From: an uncultured Treponema sp.
GTDB lineage: Bacteria; Spirochaetota; Spirochaetia; Treponematales; Treponemataceae
Assembly: GCA_946631855.1 (NCBI GenBank)
Contig: CAMPAL010000002.1
Span: 587 to 64,586, forward strand
Length of the DNA stretch: 64,000 nt
Reading direction: 5' to 3'
The position numbers and the translations under genes were made by a program. Shown here piece by piece: positions 9,308 to 18,272 of the stretch. Position 1 is the first letter of the stretch, and the number at the start of each line of letters is the position of its first letter. The notes under the pieces are model-generated. The model was not told the origin of the DNA. It saw only the letters and a list, made by a program, of their open reading frames with translations, and ran no database searches.

Positions 9308-9413
9308 AAACTAACTATACTATTAAAAAAAGTATAGGGAGTTTTTAATTTTGAACAAAAAAACACTTTTTAAGGGCAAGCCTGAAATAGTGATTTTAAT
9401 TGAAGCTTAAAAG

Positions 9414-9438
9414 AAAAGCCCTTAAAAATGGGCTTTTT
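9414..9438. terminator. bidirectional terminator
   Basis: AAAAGCCC...GGGCTTTTT between convergent genes. Confidence 0.65.
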
Positions 9439-9452
9439 AATTTCATTGAAAG

Positions 9453-9749
9453 CTATACTGCAATAATCCAAATTATCAAAAAAATTCCAATTATGATTAA
9501 CTCAAAAATAAAACTGCAGATTATCGGCAAAAGTATCCAAGCACAAAAAGCCGTTTTAATCAATTCCAAAATTCCACCTTGCCAAGCCAACCAGGTTAAA
9601 GGCCAACGGCCTAAATGTAAATTCAATTCGATAAACCCATGCATCTGTAAAGTACATAATACAGCAAGTACTGTAAATGCAAATTGAAAAAAGCTTGTAT
9701 TTAATTTCAGCGTGATATTTTTAATCATAAATACCCCCTTCTTCATCAA
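9453..9749 (-). CDS. small membrane protein
   Basis: highly hydrophobic ORF; start uncertain. Confidence 0.55.
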   Translation of the reverse strand: MMKKGVFMIKNITLKLNTSFFQFAFTVLAVLCTLQMHGFIELNLHLGRWPLTWLAWQGGILELIKTAFCAWILLPIICSFIFELIIIGIFLIIWIIAV

Positions 9750-10473
9750 TTAGGTTTTCAAAATGTTCAAATACTTTTTCAATAAGTTTCAATGTAAGCA
9801 AGCAAACACGAATCTCATTGTAATTTTCTTTTGTAATTTCAACAAGTTTGCGATGAGCTTTTTGTATTTCTTTACAGCAATCCCATTCATCCATCATTTT
9901 ACCGGTCAAATCGGAGTACTCATCGTAAATGAAGGGAGAAAGAGTGAAAATCGGGTTGTAAGCTCTTCCTAAAAGAAGAACAAATTCTTCAAAACCCAAA
10001 TCTTCTGTTTCATTGAGAACAGCTTCAATAATATCAGCCCAAGCTGAAATAGCCTTTGCAGCTTTCACCTTTATATTTTTGAGAGATTTGTTGTTCAAAA
10101 CTTCATTCATATAAAAGTCAATCAAAGGATCAATTTTTTGAAAAATACGTTCTCGCTCAGGGTGACGCTCAAAAATCTTGCTAATACCTTTTGCGGTATC
10201 ATGCCAAAGCCATGCGTATTTGCACATCAAGTCTGCATATTGACGTGCAAGTCTCGTTCCAAGGATTTGATTCTCTTTAATTCCAGCTTCAATTTGATTC
10301 ATTTTTTTTTTAGGTTTCACTACAATTCTTGCACTTACCGCGTGAATTCCATCCCCTTCTTTTTGAGAAAGAGATCTTTGAACTTCGCAAATTACAGCAG
10401 CTGAATTTTTGGCTTCAACTGTTTTACTTCCCTGGCTTTTTGCTGTTTTCCAACTTACATTAAAACTTCTCAT
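9721..10473 (-). CDS. hypothetical protein
   Basis: 250-aa ORF with GGGGTG upstream. Confidence 0.65.
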   Translation of the reverse strand: MRSFNVSWKTAKSQGSKTVEAKNSAAVICEVQRSLSQKEGDGIHAVSARIVVKPKKKMNQIEAGIKENQILGTRLARQYADLMCKYAWLWHDTAKGISKIFERHPERERIFQKIDPLIDFYMNEVLNNKSLKNIKVKAAKAISAWADIIEAVLNETEDLGFEEFVLLLGRAYNPIFTLSPFIYDEYSDLTGKMMDEWDCCKEIQKAHRKLVEITKENYNEIRVCLLTLKLIEKVFEHFENLIDEEGGIYD

Positions 10474-10485
10474 TTTTACACCCCT

Positions 10486-10761
10486 TTAGTAATCGAATTT
10501 TTCGAGTTCATTCCAAATATCATCAATCAAATCTGAAGCTTTTTCATAACAATTGTTTGTCATTAGATTTACGATTGACTCCCTGAGCTCAAACATTTTA
10601 ATCAAACCTTCAATATAAGCTCGTGAAAGTTTGTGCAGGGTTGACTCTTCTTTGATTTCTTTTTCGTCTCTCTGATACATTTCACAAACTTCACCTTGAA
10701 CCCGAGCGGATTGCCAAAGTCGAGATTTCAAATCGTCACTCTTTAATTTCTCCATACTCAC
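10486..10761 (-). CDS. hypothetical protein
   Basis: 91-aa ORF in operon. Confidence 0.6.
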   Translation of the reverse strand: MSMEKLKSDDLKSRLWQSARVQGEVCEMYQRDEKEIKEESTLHKLSRAYIEGLIKMFELRESIVNLMTNNCYEKASDLIDDIWNELEKFDY

Positions 10762-11794
10762 CCTCGTTTATCTTATAATTTGAAAGGGATGCTTTGAATG
10801 CTTCTTCGAAAGTCATTCCGTTTACAAAATCGTACTTGATTCTTTGATTTTTTGGCTGTGTTGAAGAACGGCCAATTTCTCCTTCTACCGCATCGAAGTA
10901 AAAAGTTGAAGGAGCATCTTCTCCGTTTGGATCTCCGTAATCTTTTCCTTGAAACCTCAAATTCCATTCAGCATCGCTCAAACCAAGAGTACGGCGAGCA
11001 TCCAGCTGTGCGAGCGAAAGGTTGTCAAAAGACATTACCGCGAAAATATGGCTCAGAGCTTTCAAGTTCTTTGCAAGCCACTCGATATTTTTATCAATTA
11101 TATCTTTATGTGATTTTTTATAAGTAACTCCTCTTCCAATATTATCTTTATAACCAAGAATCAAAACCTTTTCATTAGCCAAAGTTTTCAAAAAACTTTC
11201 ATTCAAAATTCCGGCAATTACATGGAAAACAACATTGTTACTTTTCTGATGAGTCAAGAAAGCAGCTTTAATATCAGCTACGCAGTCAAGCTCTTTTTTG
11301 TTGTTTGGGTCAACTACAGAAACTCCGAGTCCGTGAAGCCATCCTTTACTTGCCCATTTGACAAGGTCATAATGGTATTGAGGAAGATGATGCTGGTTTA
11401 CAGTCAAATTGCAAATTACTCCTCTGTTTGAGAGGTATTCCAAAAGCCATTCAATATCAGGATGAGCAAGAGCGTTTCCTCCCCCAATCGCAATTTCAGT
11501 TCCAGGTTCCCATGTATCCCAAAGTTTCATATAAGACTTGAGAGATGCATGTTTACCTTCTTTACTTGAACCCTCATGACAAAAAGGACATCCAGCATCA
11601 CAATATCCTGTAATTTTTACATCCGAGTTAAGAGCAAATTTTGGCAAAAAGCGGTCTGCATCTGGATCAATTGTTTCTTTTATACGAGTACCATCGTTAT
11701 AAATGGCTGTATAAAAATTGCCGTTTTGATATGCATGCAAAAGTTGCTTGTCTTCAAAAGTTTTATTTGCTTTCTTGAATTCTTCCAAAGTCAT
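10736..11794 (-). CDS. radical SAM protein
   Basis: CDAGCPFCHE (CxxxCxxC), EIAIGGGN glycine motif, NLTVNQ. Confidence 0.9.
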   Translation of the reverse strand: MTLEEFKKANKTFEDKQLLHAYQNGNFYTAIYNDGTRIKETIDPDADRFLPKFALNSDVKITGYCDAGCPFCHEGSSKEGKHASLKSYMKLWDTWEPGTEIAIGGGNALAHPDIEWLLEYLSNRGVICNLTVNQHHLPQYHYDLVKWASKGWLHGLGVSVVDPNNKKELDCVADIKAAFLTHQKSNNVVFHVIAGILNESFLKTLANEKVLILGYKDNIGRGVTYKKSHKDIIDKNIEWLAKNLKALSHIFAVMSFDNLSLAQLDARRTLGLSDAEWNLRFQGKDYGDPNGEDAPSTFYFDAVEGEIGRSSTQPKNQRIKYDFVNGMTFEEAFKASLSNYKINEGEYGEIKE

Positions 11795-11811
11795 TTTTCG
11801 TTACCTCTCTA

Positions 11812-12666
11812 TTATATTTTCTCGTAAGTTACCAAATGAGAATTAAATTGGGAACAGCCAGGAAGAGGCACGTACCCATTACCTGACTTGAAATCAATTT
11901 CTTTGATTTTACAGCCACCGGTTTCCAACCATTTTTTCAACTCTTCACAAAAGATGTTTGGATTGCCGCAAAGACAATTTTTGTCAACGAGAACATGTAC
12001 ACCGCCGGCAGATTGTATAATAAAACCTTTTGGATTTTTGAAAATGTTTTTCTTCAAAGGTTCTAAGCACAATTCCTCAGTTTTTACAGCTGTGCGAATT
12101 ACACCAGCAAGTACTTTACGGCCAATTTCTTCAATATTTGCAATATCAACATCAAAATCAACCCAAACTTTTCTTGTAAACTTTGATCGTTCACTTCGAA
12201 AATCTGTATTATGATGCGCAAGCTGATTTTTTGAATTCTGAGGATCTCCGGAATGTATCATATTTTCTACAATATCCAAAGTTGTTTTCATATGATCAAG
12301 TGCAACATCAATCTCTTTTGAAGGGTTTGGAGAGATATAACAAACCAGTGCGTTCTGCGGAAGAGAGATTTCATCAGGAGTTCCAATATTGTAAGTCAAT
12401 GCGCGCTTTGGAACTTCGAGTTCATATATTTTATTCAAAGCTGATTCAAAATCAAAAACACCTTTATGATCTTTCTTCAAGTTCTTTGTCAAGTACATTT
12501 CTCTCGCCCTTGCGCCGAGCTTTTGTTTTTCTTCCTCTGTAAGCTTTTTTGAGCGAAAAGTTGTCATTACAAGATAAGACTCTGTTTTGTCAATATCTGC
12601 GGCTCCAATATCTTTGAGGAAGTTTTTAAGCATCTCCTCGTCTTTTACAATTTCATAATTTCTCAT
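11812..12666 (-). CDS. AEP/primase-polymerase-like protein (putative)
   Basis: WVDFDVD (hDhD) and QSAGGVHVLV (SxxGxH) match AEP superfamily motifs I and II. Confidence 0.5.
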   Translation of the reverse strand: MRNYEIVKDEEMLKNFLKDIGAADIDKTESYLVMTTFRSKKLTEEEKQKLGARAREMYLTKNLKKDHKGVFDFESALNKIYELEVPKRALTYNIGTPDEISLPQNALVCYISPNPSKEIDVALDHMKTTLDIVENMIHSGDPQNSKNQLAHHNTDFRSERSKFTRKVWVDFDVDIANIEEIGRKVLAGVIRTAVKTEELCLEPLKKNIFKNPKGFIIQSAGGVHVLVDKNCLCGNPNIFCEELKKWLETGGCKIKEIDFKSGNGYVPLPGCSQFNSHLVTYEKI

Positions 12667-12784
12667 GCCGTACCTCCTGTGAAATAATATAGGGTAAACT
12701 TTTTGTTTTGAAACATTTAATTGAAAAAATTTTTTCGCCTATAATTATAAAACAACCCCTAGATATAGAAAAAAGGAGGAAAAG

Positions 12785-13312
12785 ATGCAAGTAATGAGAA
12801 CAATAAGAGCTGGCATTATTTCAATGGATGAATTTTTTGATAGATTGGGCTATGACAAATTCAACAAACAATACTTTGAGAAATTCACGGATCCTGAGTG
12901 TTTCCATACTTACGATGAATGGTATTTACTTTACGATGCTTTTTTGTATGAAGATACTTTGAATCCTCCTTTTACAGATTCAAAAAGTGGAGTTTTTCCA
13001 TTTTGTGTGGATTCAGAAGGAAATGTCACTAAAAACTGTTTTTGTTTTGGGGATAGAAGATTCAAAAAAGAAGAAGATGCAAGAGCTTACGCTGAAACTT
13101 GTAAAAATGTAAACATAAGCCGTAAAGTTGCAGAAAATATTGCAAATGCAGCCGCTAATTTAGACTGGACAAAGGTACGTGCAAAAACCGAAGATGTAAT
13201 CAAAGTAATGTTTGATATGGTGGCAAAAGGAGTTATAGAAAAACGGGATTGTTACGGCATTCACTATAAATATGACAAAGAAAATGAGCGTTTTCAAGTA
13301 TCCCTAAATTAA
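12785..13312 (+). CDS. hypothetical protein
   Basis: 175-aa ORF with AGGAGG RBS. Confidence 0.7.
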   Translation: MQVMRTIRAGIISMDEFFDRLGYDKFNKQYFEKFTDPECFHTYDEWYLLYDAFLYEDTLNPPFTDSKSGVFPFCVDSEGNVTKNCFCFGDRRFKKEEDARAYAETCKNVNISRKVAENIANAAANLDWTKVRAKTEDVIKVMFDMVAKGVIEKRDCYGIHYKYDKENERFQVSLN

Positions 13313-15211
13313 AATTACGTATTCTTGATTTTTTCCAAAATGAGATTTATTTGTCAAAGTTTCCACAATTTTATCTTTATATTTTTCGGTTTTGTCAATT
13401 ACAAATAAATACCTACCGCATTTATATTTCTCAAGGCATAAATCAATCCATTCATCACAAGATTTTTCAACTTCATTTTCATCCCAGTGTTCTTTATCTC
13501 CATAAGGTGGACAAGTGAATAAAGCGGCTTCATTGAAACTTTTTACAGGTGCTTTTATTAAATCCTCAACCTCAATTTCAACATTTTCCAATTTCAAAAA
13601 ATCTTTTATTTCATTACTTTCTTTTACATGTTCTTCATTTATATCCCAGCCAAAATATTTTTTACCTTTTCTAAAAGCACCAACCATTCTACCCGAAAAA
13701 CCTGAAAAAGGATCAACAACAGTTTTAAAATCTTTCAAATATTTTTGTATCAATTCTTCAGCTAAAGAAGGTTTAAAAATAGAGACCTTTGGCGCAATTT
13801 TTGCAACATTAAAGCCTTGTACAATATCCCTCGGGGTACACTTATGTACGTACCTCAACCTGTTCAAAGCAGATTTCAAAACCAATCCTTTATCCTGCCA
13901 AGCTTCAAGCGGGCTTTTATTTCCTTTACGAAAAGCTTTATACAAAGATTTATGGAAAAAGCGAATTACATTAAAATCATTCAAAGCCTTCAATTCAGGG
14001 TATGGAAAAGGTAAATCCAAACGAAACAAATTCAAAAAGTCTTTTGTATACTTTTCTTCAATATAATTCAAAATAGGCTTCATTTTGTCTTTACCCCAAA
14101 ATTCAACTCCATTTTGCAATCCGCATTGATGCTTCGCTTCAAATAAATCGTCTTGAGTATGATCAAAAGGGTTTACCATTTTTCCATCTTTGAAAAATTG
14201 AGGGCCTTTTATTTCAATCAATTTTCCATCTAATCTAAAATCAGGAAAATATGTATGTTCAATTCCGTTAAAGGTATATGTTAAACTCACCGGCTCTCTT
14301 TCAATCTCTTTTCCATTATCTTTTGCCCAAATCCAAACAGCTAATTCCCAAGAAGAATCAAATCTCTCATTTTGATAGAAATATTTAAAGGAAGGAGCAT
14401 GTGCAATTCCGTATCTTTCCAAATAAGTCTTTTTCAATTTATCTTTTACAATTTGGGATTGCATAGGGTTTTCAACTCCATATCTTTTCAAACAAGTTTT
14501 TTTTGATTTTTCCCTAATCGCAGGCAAAGAAAAAGTGCTTTCAACTCCATATATTTGCAAAACAGTATTTTTTGTTTTTTCTTTCACTCCAGGACTTTGT
14601 TGAGGACTTTCAAAACCCCAGTTTTTCAAACTATTTTCTTTGTAATGTTTTTTAACCTCTTCAGATTGTTGAGCAAATTCAACCCCGTAAATTTCTTTAC
14701 AAGTTGCTTTTCTTTTTTCAGTGATCTCATTTATATCTTTTTGAGTCCATTCATCCCATTTTGTAAGTTTTAAGTTTGAAAGTTTTTCAAGATTTTCATC
14801 CAATTTTTCTTTTGAAACTTCTTCAATTTCTTTTTGTTTTCTGTCGTTTGTTTTCTTTACATAATTTGAATCCAATTGCAAAAAACGTGGGTTCGAAACT
14901 CCATACTCCTTTTCCAAAGTTTCTTTTGATTTTTCTTTCACTTCGTTTAATTGGAAAACATTTTCAACACCGTATTTTTCTTTACAAGTTTCAATCCTTT
15001 TTTCATTTATTCTTTGTTTTTCTTCTTCTGTTTTATTTTTCTTTGTTTCGGAGATTTTACATTTTCGGCATAAAAAACCTGTTTTTAATCTTTTCAATTT
15101 TGCTTCAAATTCTAACCCGCAAATTCTACAGTTTGCTTTCACTACAAGATTTTGAGAACCTTTTTTCTTTAAAAGAAAATTCAATTCATTTTCGTTGTAA
15201 ATCTTTTCCAT
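13304..15211 (-). CDS. fusion: Zn ribbon + KYGVEN repeats + PD-(D/E)xK nuclease + amino DNA methyltransferase
   Basis: CRIC/CRKC; repeated (K/R)xYG(V/F)Ex2-3Q units; DSSWE..YFPDFRLDGKLIEIKG nuclease motif; DPFSGFSG SAM-binding motif and FTCPPY catalytic motif. Confidence 0.8.
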   Translation of the reverse strand: MEKIYNENELNFLLKKKGSQNLVVKANCRICGLEFEAKLKRLKTGFLCRKCKISETKKNKTEEEKQRINEKRIETCKEKYGVENVFQLNEVKEKSKETLEKEYGVSNPRFLQLDSNYVKKTNDRKQKEIEEVSKEKLDENLEKLSNLKLTKWDEWTQKDINEITEKRKATCKEIYGVEFAQQSEEVKKHYKENSLKNWGFESPQQSPGVKEKTKNTVLQIYGVESTFSLPAIREKSKKTCLKRYGVENPMQSQIVKDKLKKTYLERYGIAHAPSFKYFYQNERFDSSWELAVWIWAKDNGKEIEREPVSLTYTFNGIEHTYFPDFRLDGKLIEIKGPQFFKDGKMVNPFDHTQDDLFEAKHQCGLQNGVEFWGKDKMKPILNYIEEKYTKDFLNLFRLDLPFPYPELKALNDFNVIRFFHKSLYKAFRKGNKSPLEAWQDKGLVLKSALNRLRYVHKCTPRDIVQGFNVAKIAPKVSIFKPSLAEELIQKYLKDFKTVVDPFSGFSGRMVGAFRKGKKYFGWDINEEHVKESNEIKDFLKLENVEIEVEDLIKAPVKSFNEAALFTCPPYGDKEHWDENEVEKSCDEWIDLCLEKYKCGRYLFVIDKTEKYKDKIVETLTNKSHFGKNQEYVILI

Positions 15212-15281
15212 ATTGAAAATATTATAGCTCGCTATATTTTTTTTTCAAGAGATACAAAGGTATCGAAAAAGGAGAAAATAA

Positions 15282-16244
15282 ATGTTAAAAATTACAAAGC
15301 GTGCTGTTACAATTCATGATTTTATTAAAATGAAAAAACGTGAGCCATATGCGACTTTTAGAACTACGGCTAAGATGGAAAATTTCGGTCTTATGTTCGG
15401 CGCTCAGGTAAATACATTCGCAGGTCTTTTGCAGGGTTCTTCATTTACTACAAAAGATTGTGATGATTATATTAAACTAACGCATGCGGAAGATTTGTTG
15501 GAAGAAACTATAGCGCAGGCGAAGAAAAGAGGGTACAGAGATTATTTTGGCGGAGAAATGCGCAAAGATGTTGAATGTAAATATACTGTTGCAGCAGCAT
15601 TGATGAGAGAAGCTTTCTTGAATGGTTACGAAGGATTGAAAACCCGAATTGAAAGAGAACATGCATTTGCAATAAAACATTTTTACACTCGCCTTTGGTA
15701 CGGTGCGGTAAGGTGGCATCCTGAACTTGCGTATATGAATATAAATTCAGTCGGAAAATTGGAAGGAGCTGATAAAAAGTTTTATCAAAGAGTTTTTAGT
15801 CATTTAATGAACAACGCTGCAAACTCCGCTGTACAATCAGGAGAGACTGTTTTTATTTATTTGGGATGGGTAAGCGCAGATTATTATATGAATAAATGGA
15901 AATTGTCAAGTCAAATCTTTAATACAATTCACGACTCTCTTGATGTTTATGTATGGAAACCGGAAGCAAACTTAATGCCTGCTTTGATAAATGCATGTGT
16001 GCATAATAAAATAAGATACCCTTGTGAAGGAATTTATCACCGCATGGATCCTGAAATTTCAGATATTAGAGATTATAAACATTTGACGGGGTATGAAATG
16101 GGGGAATTTGATGGTACACAGAAAATCAAAGGCCATTATTACAAACACGGAGAAGAAAGTGAAGCAATGGAAATTCAGGAAGCTGTAAAAGAATATAATG
16201 ACAGAATGAAAACAAATATTGAATTCAAAGAAATCCCAGCTTAG
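15282..16244 (+). CDS. polA: family A DNA polymerase, C-terminal fragment (motifs B and C)
   Basis: RTTAKMENFGLMFGA (motif B), NNAANSAVQSGE, NTIHDSLD (motif C); motif A and exonuclease absent; own AAGGAG RBS. Confidence 0.85.
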   Translation: MLKITKRAVTIHDFIKMKKREPYATFRTTAKMENFGLMFGAQVNTFAGLLQGSSFTTKDCDDYIKLTHAEDLLEETIAQAKKRGYRDYFGGEMRKDVECKYTVAAALMREAFLNGYEGLKTRIEREHAFAIKHFYTRLWYGAVRWHPELAYMNINSVGKLEGADKKFYQRVFSHLMNNAANSAVQSGETVFIYLGWVSADYYMNKWKLSSQIFNTIHDSLDVYVWKPEANLMPALINACVHNKIRYPCEGIYHRMDPEISDIRDYKHLTGYEMGEFDGTQKIKGHYYKHGEESEAMEIQEAVKEYNDRMKTNIEFKEIPA

Positions 16245-16259
16245 ACTATATTTTTCAAT

Positions 16260-16733
16260 ATGAAGCCAAATCCAAATACAACTATCCTTGTGGAATGTAA
16301 AGGCGAGGATAGTACTTTTTTTATTTCAAAGTACTCAAAAAGCAATTTGTATGATATTTGTTTTGTGAAAAATAAGTATACGAAAAACTCCAAAATCTGT
16401 AAGCAAGATATAATAACAGTGCCTTTTTGGAAGTTGAAAGATCTTGCTTGCTGGATTTTGAACGCAGAAAAAGAAAAAGCAAAATGGGATACGTATTTTT
16501 GGGAAAATACAAATGGGCATTGGATGAATTGCGATTGTCATTGTGAATGGATGAGAACTGAAATAATTGAGTTTGAAAAAACAGATGAAGAAACAATGGT
16601 TTGTTTTGAAATGTACGAACCTATGAGATTTAAATGGTTTTGGGGTCGAAGTAGAAAATATTGCGGTGAGGTTGTGACTAATTATAAAGACGCAAAGATT
16701 TTCGCAAAAAGAATTTTGGAGTTGAAAATATGA
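16260..16733 (+). CDS. hypothetical protein
   Basis: 157-aa ORF, CDCHCE motif. Confidence 0.6.
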   Translation: MKPNPNTTILVECKGEDSTFFISKYSKSNLYDICFVKNKYTKNSKICKQDIITVPFWKLKDLACWILNAEKEKAKWDTYFWENTNGHWMNCDCHCEWMRTEIIEFEKTDEETMVCFEMYEPMRFKWFWGRSRKYCGEVVTNYKDAKIFAKRILELKI

Positions 16734-16917
16734 CAAGAATAGAAAAAATAGAAAATATAATGAAAAGCAATCTTTCAGATGAAATGAAAGAAGAACTCGT
16801 GAAATTGCTTTTTGAAAAAAATGAGCAGCCCTCTTTTGTACATTATCATCCATCCTCTTATTTGAAAGAAACAAAACCTTGGTGGACTCAGATAACTTGC
16901 TAAAAAGGAATATACAA

Positions 16918-17247
16918 ATGGAACTTAAAGAATTAAAAAAGTTTGGGTATAAAGAAAAAGTTGTATATGAAACAACTCAAGAAATTTTAACCGACGGCAG
17001 AAGAGTAACTACAGAAACCCCAATTGATTCATACTTTATGAAAATTTACAATTTTGAAAACGGTTGGATTAAATGGAAGGTTGCTGTATGCAATTCTGAA
17101 ATTGAAGGGCTTTGGGATGTAAGATTGACAATTGACACTCTTGATAGTTTAGATGAAGAAGATTTTGAAAGCCCTGATAATACTGATGATTTATTGGTTT
17201 TGTTGAGTGAACATACCGAAAAATGTTGTCAAATCAAAAAGCTGTAA
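16918..17247 (+). CDS. hypothetical protein
   Basis: MELKELKK start after AAGGA. Confidence 0.6.
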   Translation: MELKELKKFGYKEKVVYETTQEILTDGRRVTTETPIDSYFMKIYNFENGWIKWKVAVCNSEIEGLWDVRLTIDTLDSLDEEDFESPDNTDDLLVLLSEHTEKCCQIKKL

Positions 17248-17279
17248 ACTGTATAGAAATTATCCTCTGACATACTTTT

Positions 17280-17654
17280 CTAATCATCGTTAAGCAAAAT
17301 CCTAAGTTGCTGTATTTGCAAATTGACAGTATTTTTATATTGAGTCATCTTTTGCAATTCTTGTTGAGTTATTTGAATGTCATATTTTTCAACATCTTTT
17401 ATCCAAGAAAAATATGTATCAAGTTCTTTCACATTATCTTCTAACTGTTTAATAATGAAAGTCCAATCTTGGTCTTCTGGAGCAGTTTCAAGCATTTTGT
17501 CAAAAAAATTATCATACCTTTCAAGGCGTTTTTCCAATTTCGACATATCGATTTTGGCTTCATTTAACAACTTATTGATTGTTATCAATCTTGAAAAGTT
17601 TTCTTGAAGTTGATTACCCTGTAATAAAAATTTTTTTGCATCTTTTGAAATCAT
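17280..17654 (-). CDS. hypothetical helical protein
   Basis: 124-aa ORF with AGGAGG RBS. Confidence 0.65.
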   Translation of the reverse strand: MISKDAKKFLLQGNQLQENFSRLITINKLLNEAKIDMSKLEKRLERYDNFFDKMLETAPEDQDWTFIIKQLEDNVKELDTYFSWIKDVEKYDIQITQQELQKMTQYKNTVNLQIQQLRILLNDD

Positions 17655-17758
17655 TATAAGTTCCTCCTAAAAAAAGAAAAAACAGTTAGAAAGACTCACT
17701 ATGAAAAGTCTTTCAACAAGTGCTAGAAATCACTTGCTGTCCTGTTATTTTTAGTTAG

Positions 17759-18172
17759 TTACATTTCCCAGCAATAATATTTATGCCACTGGTTTAATGA
17801 AACATAAAGATTCGAACCAGTTGTACGCCAGGATCCGTCTTTGCGTTTTGTGATTTTGAAGAAAGTAAAACCGTCAGGATTCTTTGCAAGCTGAGGTTTT
17901 TCGTACTTTATGTACTTACCTGTTTTTGCATCCCACTCGTCATGAATTTTGCAGAATTCATCCTCGTGAATGACCCAATCCTGGTGACCAATTCCACCCT
18001 CTGAGTTTGGATCTACCGTTACAACGTTTGTACGAATCCACGCGGTTTTACCCGACTTTGAAATCTTTACGATTTGAGCGGGCTCTGAATCACTGTAATA
18101 ATGGATTGTGCACTTGCAGCCAATAACCGGTGTTACGTTTGAACCTGCTTTTGTAAACTCTTCTACTCTCAT
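17759..18172 (-). CDS. hypothetical protein
   Basis: 137-aa ORF preceded by CCTATATTAT and GTAGGTAC. Confidence 0.7.
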   Translation of the reverse strand: MRVEEFTKAGSNVTPVIGCKCTIHYYSDSEPAQIVKISKSGKTAWIRTNVVTVDPNSEGGIGHQDWVIHEDEFCKIHDEWDAKTGKYIKYEKPQLAKNPDGFTFFKITKRKDGSWRTTGSNLYVSLNQWHKYYCWEM

Positions 18173-18272
18173 CTTTCGTACCTACCTTATGCTTATAATA
18201 TAGGATAAAAGATGTCAAAAAATCCCTCTCTTTTTTTCGAGAGGGAAAATTTTTTAATTTACTTTTTTCTTT

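Noticed and set aside
15282-15340. Split-intein C fragment at the start of the PolA half
   Set aside because: MLKITK resembles an IntC start, but there is no block F or HN-C/S/T junction.
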